From assembly GCA_944359065.1 (NCBI GenBank), contig CALVSP010000002.1, forward strand, positions 1 to 61,678: a stretch of DNA of 61,678 nt. Reading direction: 5' to 3'. The notes below the pieces were generated by a model. It was not told the origin of the DNA and did no database searches. It saw only the letters and a program-made list of their open reading frames with translations. Numbering within the stretch: the first letter of the stretch is position 1; each line of letters opens with the position of its first letter. This stretch comes from an uncultured Bacilli bacterium. GTDB lineage: Bacteria; Bacillota_I; Bacilli_A; RF39; UBA660. The position numbers and the translations under genes were made by a program. Positions 1-9,833 of the stretch are shown here, in pieces.

Positions 1-87
1 CTAACAAAAAAATTAACTCAATTATTGAATTAATTTTTATTGAAATTTTTGTTTCACATCATTGACAATTATACACTTTTAACTTTT

Positions 88-516
88 TTATTTATTTTTA
101 TACTGTTCAATTATTTTTTTTATTCCCCACCAAGGAAGCAAAACACATTTTTTTCTACTTGGCTGTTTTGCTATGTCCTCATAAACAATTAAATCATTTA
201 ATACATCTTTTCTAAAATTTTTTTCATTAATCATATTTTCAAAATTTTTATATATTTCAGTTGCTTCGTTTGGTGACTTATTCAATAAATTTTTAATCAT
301 TAAAGAGGTACTACTTGTACATATTGCACAAGCTTCACCATCAAATTTGATATCTGTCATTTTATTATTCTCAATTTTTGCCATTAAGTTTATTTCATCA
401 ATACAACTTTCATTACTAGTATTTGATGTAAAATAAGTATTATCATTTACCATACCTTTATTTTTAGGATTTTGATAATTTTCTAATATAATATTTCTTT
501 TTTCTTCTTGCGTCAT
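88..516 (-). CDS. sufU: SUF-type Fe-S cluster scaffold (SufU/NifU-like)
   Basis: 142 aa. Three conserved Cys contexts (ESCIDE, GEACAICTSS, RKKCVLLPW) are typical of the SufU/IscU fold. Confidence 0.8.
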   Translation of the reverse strand: MTQEEKRNIILENYQNPKNKGMVNDNTYFTSNTSNESCIDEINLMAKIENNKMTDIKFDGEACAICTSSTSLMIKNLLNKSPNEATEIYKNFENMINEKNFRKDVLNDLIVYEDIAKQPSRKKCVLLPWWGIKKIIEQYKNK

Positions 517-574
517 TATTATTCACCATTTTAATTATATATTTTTATCAAAAAAAAATCAATATAATCTATAC

Positions 575-1522
575 TTATACTATTTCAAAATCTAGTAAAT
601 CTACTTTTGATGATATAAAATCACTAATATTTCTTACATTTTTTTCTATACTAACATATTTTTTTAAATCATCAGGAAATATTGTTACTACATTATCTAG
701 TCCACTTAAAACTGCTCCTAAAAAATTAGCTCCACTTGATATTCCAACACCTAAACCTAATTTTTTTGCTAATAATGTAGACATATTAATTGCATCATCA
801 TCATCTATTAATATAATATTATCTATTAAATTTTTATCCAATAATTGAGGAATAAATTCATCCCCAATTCCTTCTATTTTATGATTTTGTTTTAAATTAA
901 TATTTTTTTTACTTATGATTGGCAATTTTTCTGGTTCTATTGCTATTATTTTAATGTTTTTATAATTTTCTTTTAATTTTTGTCCTATTCCCATTAGTGT
1001 TCCACCAGTTCCAACACCACTTACAAATGCTTCAAATTTTATATTTTTATCAACAATTTCTTGAGCTGTTGATTTATAATTTATTTCTTTGTTTAATTTA
1101 TTACTAAATTGGTTAGGACGAAAACCATTTATCTGATTTGCTAATTCGTTTGCTCTTTTTATACATTCTAAAAATCCGCCTTCTGCTTTGGAAATTAAAA
1201 ATACTTTAGCCCCATACATTTCCATAATTTTTTTTCTTTCTTGACTTACCCAATCAGGCATAAATATATATACTGGGTTATCAAAATAAGCTCCTATTGC
1301 TGCTATCGATATACCAGTATTCCCACTTGTTGCTTCAATTATAGGTTGATGTTTTGTTATTAAATTACTTTTATATGCTTCTGTTATTATATAATATGCC
1401 ATTCTATCTTTTATACTGCCAGTTAAATTATAATATTCTAATTTTGTGTATACATTTTTTATTTTATTATCATATTTATATTTTATTTTAATTAATGGTG
1501 TGTTTCCTATTAATCCATTCAT
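575..1522 (-). CDS. cysK: Cysteine synthase / O-acetylserine sulfhydrylase (PLP-dependent)
   Basis: 315 aa with a PLP-lysine context GSIKDR, the SGNTGISIA loop and GVGTGGT. Confidence 0.8.
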   Translation of the reverse strand: MNGLIGNTPLIKIKYKYDNKIKNVYTKLEYYNLTGSIKDRMAYYIITEAYKSNLITKHQPIIEATSGNTGISIAAIGAYFDNPVYIFMPDWVSQERKKIMEMYGAKVFLISKAEGGFLECIKRANELANQINGFRPNQFSNKLNKEINYKSTAQEIVDKNIKFEAFVSGVGTGGTLMGIGQKLKENYKNIKIIAIEPEKLPIISKKNINLKQNHKIEGIGDEFIPQLLDKNLIDNIILIDDDDAINMSTLLAKKLGLGVGISSGANFLGAVLSGLDNVVTIFPDDLKKYVSIEKNVRNISDFISSKVDLLDFEIV

Positions 1523-1555
1523 AATTGATCACCATTATATTATATGAAAAAAAGG

Positions 1556-1816
1556 CTATTTTGCCTCTACTATTAATTTAATTGCTGTTCTTTCTTCGCC
1601 ATCAATCATTATATCTGTAAATGCCGGTATACAAATTAAGTTTTTTCCTGATGGAGCTACAAAGCCTCTTGCAATTGCTATTGCTTTAATTGCTTGATTC
1701 AAGGCTCCTGCTCCTATTGCTTGAATTTCTAAACTTCCTTTTTCTCTAAATATATTGGCGAGTGCCCCAGCTACTGAATTAGGATTTGATTTTGATCCTA
1801 CTTTTAATGTTTCCAT
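1556..1816 (-). CDS. spoVS: Stage V sporulation protein S
   Basis: 86 aa. Near-canonical SpoVS sequence: METLKVGSKSNPNSVAGALA...QAIGAGALNQAIKAIAIARGF. Confidence 0.85.
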   Translation of the reverse strand: METLKVGSKSNPNSVAGALANIFREKGSLEIQAIGAGALNQAIKAIAIARGFVAPSGKNLICIPAFTDIMIDGEERTAIKLIVEAK

Positions 1817-1953
1817 ATATCTTATTCCTTTCTACACTTTAAATATATGAGCAAATATTTATATATATTACCATGGATGACATGAAAATTTTTATAAATT
1901 TTGTCATATATTTTGTCAAATAAAAAATATCTTCTTTTTTTTATAAAAATATG

Positions 1954-1982
1954 TTGACTTTTTTTTAAAAATAATGTAACAT
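1954..1982 (+). promoter_or_regulatory. Candidate sigma-A promoter for tRNA-Gly
   Basis: TTGACT (1954-1959), 17-nt spacer, TAACAT (1977-1982), about 20 nt upstream of the tRNA 5' end. Confidence 0.4.
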
Positions 1983-2002
1983 TAATATTGCCTACTTAAT
2001 TT

Positions 2003-2076
2003 GCAGGTGTAGTTCAATGGTAGAACTTTAGCCTTCCAAGCTAATAACGTGGGTCCGATTCCCATCACCTGCTCCA
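2003..2076 (+). tRNA. tRNA-Gly (anticodon UCC), CCA encoded
   Basis: Acceptor stem GCAGGTG/CACCTGC. Anticodon stem-loop is TTAGC-CTTCCAA-GCTAA. T arm is GGGTCCGATTCCC, followed by a 3' TCCA. Confidence 0.9.
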
Positions 2077-2114
2077 TAAGATAAAATCGTCGCACCAAGC
2101 GATGTTAATGATTA

Positions 2115-2137
2115 AATCAACGCAAGTTGATTTTTTT
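2115..2137 (+). terminator. Hairpin plus T-run after tRNA-Gly
   Basis: ATCAAC-GCAA-GTTGAT followed by TTTTTTT. Confidence 0.45.
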
Positions 2138-2169
2138 GTTGCTATTGCAAAGAAAGGGTGTGATGTGGT

Positions 2170-2442
2170 ATGATTAATATTGTAAAAAAGAAAATCAATA
2201 TGAGTGATGAACTCAAAGCCAAAATTAATTGGTCTTGCAAATTTAATAAGAAGTCCTATCAAATAATTGAGGGATACTTAAGGATTGTGGAACATACCAA
2301 TCTAGCGTATGTAGAGCCACATAAAGTAATTATTGAAGATAAGTTATACCTATTCTTCAATGAACAGAAACATTTTTATATAGGGAATTTAAAGAAAAAA
2401 ATCCCATTGTCTGAATTATCAGAGTACATAGCAAGGCATTAA
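2170..2442 (+). CDS. Hypothetical protein (first island ORF)
   Basis: 90-aa ORF with no recognisable motif, followed by the hairpin AAGGTGTC-N10-GACACCTT at about 2512-2537. Confidence 0.35.
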   Translation: MINIVKKKINMSDELKAKINWSCKFNKKSYQIIEGYLRIVEHTNLAYVEPHKVIIEDKLYLFFNEQKHFYIGNLKKKIPLSELSEYIARH

Positions 2443-2502
2443 TGAATTGGTGAGTTTATATACTCCCACAATATTGGTTGTTTTTGTCGTATAAATAACT
2501 AA

Positions 2503-4407
<1,905 letters not shown>

Positions 4408-4425
4408 AAGGGATTTGATTAAATT

Positions 4426-4779
4426 ATGAATATTGATTATAAAAAAGTTGGAGATTATTTACTACCTAATTTGGTGATAGAAAATCAAAATTATGGAGAA
4501 ATAAACAAGTATGGATTACTAAGATTAAATTATATTAAGGAACACAAAAAAGGATTATATCAGGCACTTTTAATGAAAAATGAACTAACAAATCATCTTC
4601 TTTCAGTCAGTAAAGAATGTGAAGAAAGATTAAAAACTTTAATGGATAATTATATTAAAAATGATGAAAAACTATCTGAAAAAAGTAAAGAAAATAATCA
4701 AATTGAATGGGCAAAATTGATGAATAATTATAAAAATACTGCTGAAGAAATTATCTTAAAGGAGTTAATTTATGTCTGA
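4426..4779 (+). CDS. TnpV-like transposon-associated protein
   Basis: 117 aa. The GDYLLPNL...YGLLRLNYIKEHKKGLY...AEEIILKELIY pattern matches my memory of the TnpV family of Tn4451-like elements. Confidence 0.6.
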   Translation: MNIDYKKVGDYLLPNLVIENQNYGEINKYGLLRLNYIKEHKKGLYQALLMKNELTNHLLSVSKECEERLKTLMDNYIKNDEKLSEKSKENNQIEWAKLMNNYKNTAEEIILKELIYV

Positions 4780-4842
4780 TGTTGTCATAAGCAAGCAAGG
4801 TAGTATTACTCCCACCACTCCAAAAGAAAGGATAAACCTATA

Positions 4843-6150
4843 ATGGCAACAACATCAATTTGGAGTATTAAGAATAATTTAAAGCAGTCTATAAATTATA
4901 TTATCAATCCAGAAAAAACTCTTAATAAAGATTATGGTAATAGAGAGTCATATAGTTATTTAGAAGAACCTATTAAAGATTGTAATTTTAAACAAGAAAA
5001 AGTTTGTTATGTCAGTTGCTTAAATTGTGATGAAGATAATCCTTGTGATGATATGGAGTTCACTAAAGAAATATTTAGAAAGAAAGACGGAGTTCTCGCT
5101 TATCATGGTTATCAGTCATTTAAAGAAGATGAAGTTACTCCTGATATTGCTCATGAGATTGGAGTTAAGTTTGCTAAAGAAATGTTTAAAGATTATGAAG
5201 TGGTTGTCGCAACGCATCAAAATACTAATCATATTCATAACCATTTCATAATAAACTCTGTATCTTTTAAAAGTGGTAAGAAATATAATAACAATCTAAC
5301 CAATATATCAAAGATAAGACACATTTCTGATTCACTATGTTCTGAATATGGTCTTTCGGTTTTAGATGAAGATAAGTTTTATAAAAAGACTTACACCAAA
5401 AGTATATCAAACGATGAATATTACAAAACTCTTAAAGAAGATTTAGATAATGTTATTAGTTATTCAGTTACTTTAAAACAATTATTTGAAAGAATGAGAT
5501 CATTAGGTTATAAAGTATATTCTCGTAATGGTGTTATAACTATTTATAGAGATGGTGAAGATAAAGTTAGAATAGAAAATGTATTTGGTGAAGAATATTC
5601 AAAAGAAAGACTAAACCAACGATTATATTTATCAAAACAAATAGTATTTAGACCTATGCCACAAAAATCTATCTTTGAAGAATATTCTAAAACTAATAAA
5701 CCCCATAAAGGAATATATGGATTGTATCTATACTATTGTTATCTACTAGGAGTATTTCTTAAAAAGCATCCTAAGCAATATCTTCCATACTCTATTAGAA
5801 AAGAAGTTTATAAATTAGAACAAACTTCACAACAAGTTAGATTTATGCATGAGAAAAATATCGTCACAAAAGAAGATTTAGATAACTTTGTTAAAAATAA
5901 CTCTGATGAATTAAGTGAATTAAAAGGAAAAAGAGAAAATCTCTGGAAAAGATATCATAGAGCAAAAACCGAAGATAAGAAAAATGAAATACTTGCTGAA
6001 ATAAATGATATACAGCCTAAAATTAAAGAACTTTATAAATATGATAAGTATTGTAAGGAAATAATTAAAAGAGCTGAAGGAATACAAAATAATCTTAATA
6101 ATTTTGATAAAGATATCCAAAAAGAAAAAGACAATTCTAGGTCTATGTGA
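4843..6150 (+). CDS. Relaxase/mobilization nuclease (MobA/VirD2-type)
   Basis: N-terminal ...INYIINPEKT, the histidine-triad motif ATHQNTNHIHNHFIIN, and a coiled-coil C-terminus. Confidence 0.75.
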   Translation: MATTSIWSIKNNLKQSINYIINPEKTLNKDYGNRESYSYLEEPIKDCNFKQEKVCYVSCLNCDEDNPCDDMEFTKEIFRKKDGVLAYHGYQSFKEDEVTPDIAHEIGVKFAKEMFKDYEVVVATHQNTNHIHNHFIINSVSFKSGKKYNNNLTNISKIRHISDSLCSEYGLSVLDEDKFYKKTYTKSISNDEYYKTLKEDLDNVISYSVTLKQLFERMRSLGYKVYSRNGVITIYRDGEDKVRIENVFGEEYSKERLNQRLYLSKQIVFRPMPQKSIFEEYSKTNKPHKGIYGLYLYYCYLLGVFLKKHPKQYLPYSIRKEVYKLEQTSQQVRFMHEKNIVTKEDLDNFVKNNSDELSELKGKRENLWKRYHRAKTEDKKNEILAEINDIQPKIKELYKYDKYCKEIIKRAEGIQNNLNNFDKDIQKEKDNSRSM

Positions 6151-6168
6151 CTTAGATTGTCTTTTTTA

Positions 6169-6819
6169 TTATATTCTTCTACCTTTACCTTCACCAATCT
6201 CGTTATTTATAGCATAATTTGAAACTGCTCTAAAATTATCATCATATGGATAGACTTGTTGGCCAAATTGTAACCACATAGTTGACCAAGAAGTTCCTGT
6301 TTTAAGTAATTCTTGAACTCTTGCATTTTTCATAGTAGCATTACCTTCTTGATTATTTAAATCTACACAGCCTTCCTCATCATATAATTTGCTTTGTAGA
6401 TCACATTCTAATTTATCACATTGATAAGCAAACATTGCTTCTTTAGTACTATGAGAATCAAATTCTAAAAATAATTCTTTTACTTGATTACCATCTAATA
6501 AACCACCTAATATTCTATGTACTGCTTCATGTTCTAATTTTTCCTTTTCGGCTTTTGATATTTCAAATTGCGTTAAATCACCGATAACTGTTTCTCCAAG
6601 TTCATGAACTGCTAACATAAATATTACTTTCATAATATCTACATCATATTGGTATTCTGATTTCATGGCAATTGCAAGCATTTGAACTCCAAATATGTGT
6701 TCAGCTACACTTTCAATTCTTTCTCTTTGAACATTCCAGTTTTTCCAACCTGTTCTAATAACATTTTTTAATCTATTACATATAACATAGTAATTTATTA
6801 CATTTTGTTCTTTTGACAT
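6169..6819 (-). CDS. HD-domain hydrolase, YfbR/HDDC2-like (5'-deoxynucleotidase family)
   Basis: RTGW...ESVAEHIFG...AVHELGETVIGD. The signature has HE in place of HD. Confidence 0.65.
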   Translation of the reverse strand: MSKEQNVINYYVICNRLKNVIRTGWKNWNVQRERIESVAEHIFGVQMLAIAMKSEYQYDVDIMKVIFMLAVHELGETVIGDLTQFEISKAEKEKLEHEAVHRILGGLLDGNQVKELFLEFDSHSTKEAMFAYQCDKLECDLQSKLYDEEGCVDLNNQEGNATMKNARVQELLKTGTSWSTMWLQFGQQVYPYDDNFRAVSNYAINNEIGEGKGRRI

Positions 6820-6843
6820 AAAACCACCTCGTTTCGATAGAAT

Positions 6844-6872
6844 ATTATAGTGTTTTATTATACATTAGTCAA
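6844..6872 (-). promoter_or_regulatory. Consensus sigma-A promoter for the YfbR-like HD gene
   Basis: On the minus strand: TTGACT (6872-6867), exactly 17 nt, TATAAT (6849-6844). Confidence 0.6.
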
Positions 6873-6878
6873 CAAAAC

Positions 6879-7979
6879 TCAGTCATTTTCTTTTAATAAT
6901 CTTTTTGCATATCCTTTTTCATAAGGAATAAAAACAAAATCAAAATATGTATAGTAACCACCCTTTGGTATATTTAGATATGCATTTATCTCATTATTTG
7001 CTTTTTTAGAAACTTTGTTTATCCTAATTGTACCACTTTCAGTTAAAACTAGTGGAACAACATATCTTGTCTTTGCTTTTATATTTACACAATATTTTTC
7101 ATCAACGAAATCACTACTTTGATAAACAGTATCTGCTTTTTGAAATTTTCTAAAACTTTCAGATAAGTAATCGTCGTCACAATTAAAAAACTTACTAATT
7201 ATTTCACTTTCTGATAAAGTATATAAATCATCAATAGTCAAATATCCAGCGTTATTCATAGACTTACACATATCCGCCAAAAATTGCATAACAGTTCTAT
7301 CTTTATCGCTTACCCATTCAGGCCATAATCTAGAAATAGTATGAATATATTCTTCACATATTTCTTTGTCTTTAAATGCTAATTCATCTATACCATCTTC
7401 GTTTTTGGCAATTACAACATTATTATACATCTTTCTAATTTTATCTAATTCCCAAACTCTAAAAAAAGTTAAACCACTAGAAAATGTATACTCAAATCTA
7501 TCTGCGGATAATTTTGGTGTGTCATTATCAGCAATAGGATATATCTTATAATCATTTACTTCTTCTAATTTTATTCCATCTCTTTCTAGTAATGACATTA
7601 TTTCTTTTGAATTTCTAATAATATCAGTTGTTCTTTCTTCAGTAGATTCTTGTGTTTCAGAATCACCATTCATAAAATCTATACAATGTTTAAATACAGG
7701 AGTTGCAATATCGTGAAACAAACCTGCTAATGTTTGCTTTTTATCGTGAGTAAAATGCCATATAATAAGTGCAACTCCAACACTATGATCTAAATTGGAA
7801 TACCAATATCTTACGTTAAAACATTTGGAATAATCAGTTCCACAACTCATACTAATTTTACTAATTCTTTCCATTTCTGGTGTATCAATATATTCTAATA
7901 ACCATTCTGGAAATTCTGGTGATAGAATACTAAAATATTCTTTTACTTCATCATTTAATTTATCATAATATTTATTCAT
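6879..7979 (-). CDS. HD-domain phosphohydrolase (H...HD...D), third gene of the NTase operon
   Basis: 366 aa with SNLDHSVGVALI and AGLFHDIATPVFKHCIDF. Its ATG overlaps the upstream gene's stop region by 8 nt. Confidence 0.6.
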   Translation of the reverse strand: MNKYYDKLNDEVKEYFSILSPEFPEWLLEYIDTPEMERISKISMSCGTDYSKCFNVRYWYSNLDHSVGVALIIWHFTHDKKQTLAGLFHDIATPVFKHCIDFMNGDSETQESTEERTTDIIRNSKEIMSLLERDGIKLEEVNDYKIYPIADNDTPKLSADRFEYTFSSGLTFFRVWELDKIRKMYNNVVIAKNEDGIDELAFKDKEICEEYIHTISRLWPEWVSDKDRTVMQFLADMCKSMNNAGYLTIDDLYTLSESEIISKFFNCDDDYLSESFRKFQKADTVYQSSDFVDEKYCVNIKAKTRYVVPLVLTESGTIRINKVSKKANNEINAYLNIPKGGYYTYFDFVFIPYEKGYAKRLLKEND

Positions 7980-8748
7980 TATTATCCTTCTCCTGTTTCT
8001 TTTTAATTTTATTTAACAATTTTTGCCATTCTTTTGACCATTTTTCATTGTTTTTTAAAAAAATCTTACTAGATGTTAAAATCTTACAATAACTTTTTAA
8101 GCATTCATAATCCATAGTAGCATCTAAAATTAATACATTTGCATCTTTATTTTTTAAACCAATTATCAAAAATATGTTTTGAAATTCTTTACAAACTTTA
8201 TCTAATTGAAATTTATAGTAACATAATTTTATAAAAGAAAATATAATTTCGGCAGAAAATAATGTTTGCGTAATTACTAATAATAAATCCATATTTTCTA
8301 ATTTTATCATTAAAATTATATATATTATAATGAGTATACTAACTTTAATAATATTTATCGGAAGCATTTTATCAACCACTTTTTTTGTAAAAAAGGCGCT
8401 TTCATAACAATTTAGTCCGAGTTTTTCAATAGAAGGTTGTGCTTCATTATTATAATACTTATTTGTTTCTCTCAAAGTAGTGTTAACATCAAACGATTCT
8501 TTTAAAAGAGACTTTCTTCTTTCGTTTTCTGCAAGATTACTAAAATACATTTCATTTATGTTTGCCAATATAACGTATGCAATAGTTAATAATAGACTTA
8601 TAATAACAAATGTATCCCTATATTTAAAATCTAATATTAATATGAACGAAACAGCAATATTAATTAAAAATAACCAATTAGCATACTTTGCAATTTTATT
8701 ACATCTATCATAAAGTTCTTGAACTTCATCTATTCTATCATCACTCAT
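7972..8748 (-). CDS. Four-helix membrane protein (candidate SMODS-associated 4TM/SLATT-like effector)
   Basis: 258 aa. Two hydrophobic helix pairs lie at about aa 24-70 and aa 130-180. The ATG is 1 nt after the NTase stop. Confidence 0.5.
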   Translation of the reverse strand: MSDDRIDEVQELYDRCNKIAKYANWLFLINIAVSFILILDFKYRDTFVIISLLLTIAYVILANINEMYFSNLAENERRKSLLKESFDVNTTLRETNKYYNNEAQPSIEKLGLNCYESAFFTKKVVDKMLPINIIKVSILIIIYIILMIKLENMDLLLVITQTLFSAEIIFSFIKLCYYKFQLDKVCKEFQNIFLIIGLKNKDANVLILDATMDYECLKSYCKILTSSKIFLKNNEKWSKEWQKLLNKIKKKQEKDNNE

Positions 8749-8749
8749 T

Positions 8750-9538
8750 TTATACCTCTGGGAAAACCTTTGTAATTTCTCCTAATGCTGAATAAGGCAT
8801 ATTATCTTTTTCATATTTTAGTGCTTTATCTATTCTTTCTAATGCGGTATCAATTCTATTTCTTATACTACTATCACAAGTAATGTTCTTTAATTGATTA
8901 AAAGCTTCTTTTGCATAATCTGTATAACTTGTACAGTAAATGTATGAATAAGCCATATTATACGCAATTCTCTCTTCTATTTTATAAGAAGTTAAATCAT
9001 GGTAATTTATTTTTACATTCCATTCTTTAATAAGCCTTACAAGTGGTTTTATTTTATATGAATTATTGTTATTTGCTTTTGTAAGTTGTGAATTGAAGTC
9101 ATTTGGATATGTTGACATCCAACCGCCCTTGCCATCGGAAATATAGTATGTTCCAGAATATGACTTATATGCAGGAACAAGTTCAAATTTAATGTGATTT
9201 AATTCTAATACCATTGTAGGAGATGATTGATAGATTTCTGATGTAGAATACTTTGCTTCTGCAAACTTTCTTAATCTATCTAAGAAAGCTTGGGGTTTAT
9301 AATTATTAGAATTATCAAATACAACCATATAATCTACATCAAAATCATCATCAACTTTTCTAGGTAATATAGTTACTCTAGGATAAGATCCAAATTCAAA
9401 CTGCTCCTCAATATCGCTACCAAAATATGAATTTAATCGATACTCTAATGTATCTATTGATGTTTTTATACTATCCTTTTCTGAACTTGATAGTATTAAT
9501 TTTCCCGCTAAATTTTCTAAATATGAATTTACTGACAT
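8750..9538 (-). CDS. SMODS/CD-NTase-like nucleotidyltransferase
   Basis: 262 aa with a Pol-beta NTase signature: FGSYPR (GS), DFDVDYMV (DxD), FELVPAY and LVRLIKEW. Confidence 0.6.
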   Translation of the reverse strand: MSVNSYLENLAGKLILSSSEKDSIKTSIDTLEYRLNSYFGSDIEEQFEFGSYPRVTILPRKVDDDFDVDYMVVFDNSNNYKPQAFLDRLRKFAEAKYSTSEIYQSSPTMVLELNHIKFELVPAYKSYSGTYYISDGKGGWMSTYPNDFNSQLTKANNNNSYKIKPLVRLIKEWNVKINYHDLTSYKIEERIAYNMAYSYIYCTSYTDYAKEAFNQLKNITCDSSIRNRIDTALERIDKALKYEKDNMPYSALGEITKVFPEV

Positions 9539-9559
9539 ATTATCCCTCCAAAGAAAAAA

Positions 9560-9578
9560 GTATCATAATTAATGATAC
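9560..9578. promoter_or_regulatory. Perfect 7-bp inverted repeat (operator-like) upstream of the NTase gene
   Basis: GTATCAT-AATTA-ATGATAC, located 22-40 nt upstream of the NTase ATG. Confidence 0.3.
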
Positions 9579-9648
9579 AAATCTATAATAATAATATCAT
9601 ATTTTGACATTTTTTTAAATACTAACAAATGATTTTTCCTTAAAAGTA

Positions 9649-9676
9649 TTGTAATATTTTTTAAAACTGTTATAAT
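9649..9676 (+). promoter_or_regulatory. Candidate plus-strand promoter with no downstream ORF
   Basis: TTGTAA (9649-9654), 16 nt, TATAAT (9671-9676). Confidence 0.3.
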
Positions 9677-9762
9677 TTATTTAGTTGATTTAATCAAACA
9701 ACTTTGGGAGTATAATTTTTCGAATATAAGTAAAGCTATCGCTCCATATTTTGTTAATTTAA

Positions 9763-9790
9763 ACTTGTGTTTATAATCACAAGTTTTTTT
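9763..9790 (+). terminator. Rho-independent terminator (plus strand)
   Basis: ACTTGTG, 8-nt loop, CACAAGT, followed by TTTTTTT. Confidence 0.55.
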
Positions 9791-9830
9791 GTCCCACGTT
9801 ATTAGCTAAGGGAAGGCAAAGTCTACCATT
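9791..9830 (-). pseudogene. Degenerate internal fragment of tRNA-Gly (D loop to start of T stem), inverted relative to the intact gene
   Basis: The reverse complement is AATGGTAGACTTTGCCTTCCCTTAGCTAATAACGTGGGAC. tRNA positions 2016-2055 read AATGGTAGAACTTTAGCCTTCCAAGCTAATAACGTGGGTC. Confidence 0.6.
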
Positions 9831-9833
9831 TTT

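Noticed and set aside
2065-2262. A 65-aa minus-strand ORF overlapping tRNA-Gly.
   Set aside because: It overlaps the tRNA and its terminator, has no RBS, and is a chance open frame.
4780-4842. An expected oriT/nic site upstream of the relaxase gene.
   Set aside because: I could not find a convincing inverted repeat or a nic consensus I recognise, so I am not annotating one. It may lie elsewhere in the island.
5027-8713. Track ORFs 5027..5251(+), 5920..6120(-), 7366..7551(+) and 8480..8713(+).
   Set aside because: All are embedded within or antisense to longer, motif-supported genes. They have low-complexity Ile/Leu/Ser/Phe composition typical of shadow frames in AT-rich DNA.
8750-9538. The NTase might be an antibiotic nucleotidyltransferase (ANT/Lnu-type), as expected cargo of a Tn4451-like element.
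   Set aside because: The sequence does not resemble ANT(4'), ANT(6), ANT(9) or Lnu as I remember them. Its tight coupling to a 4-TM protein and an HD protein fits SMODS systems better. This is not excluded without an HMM search.
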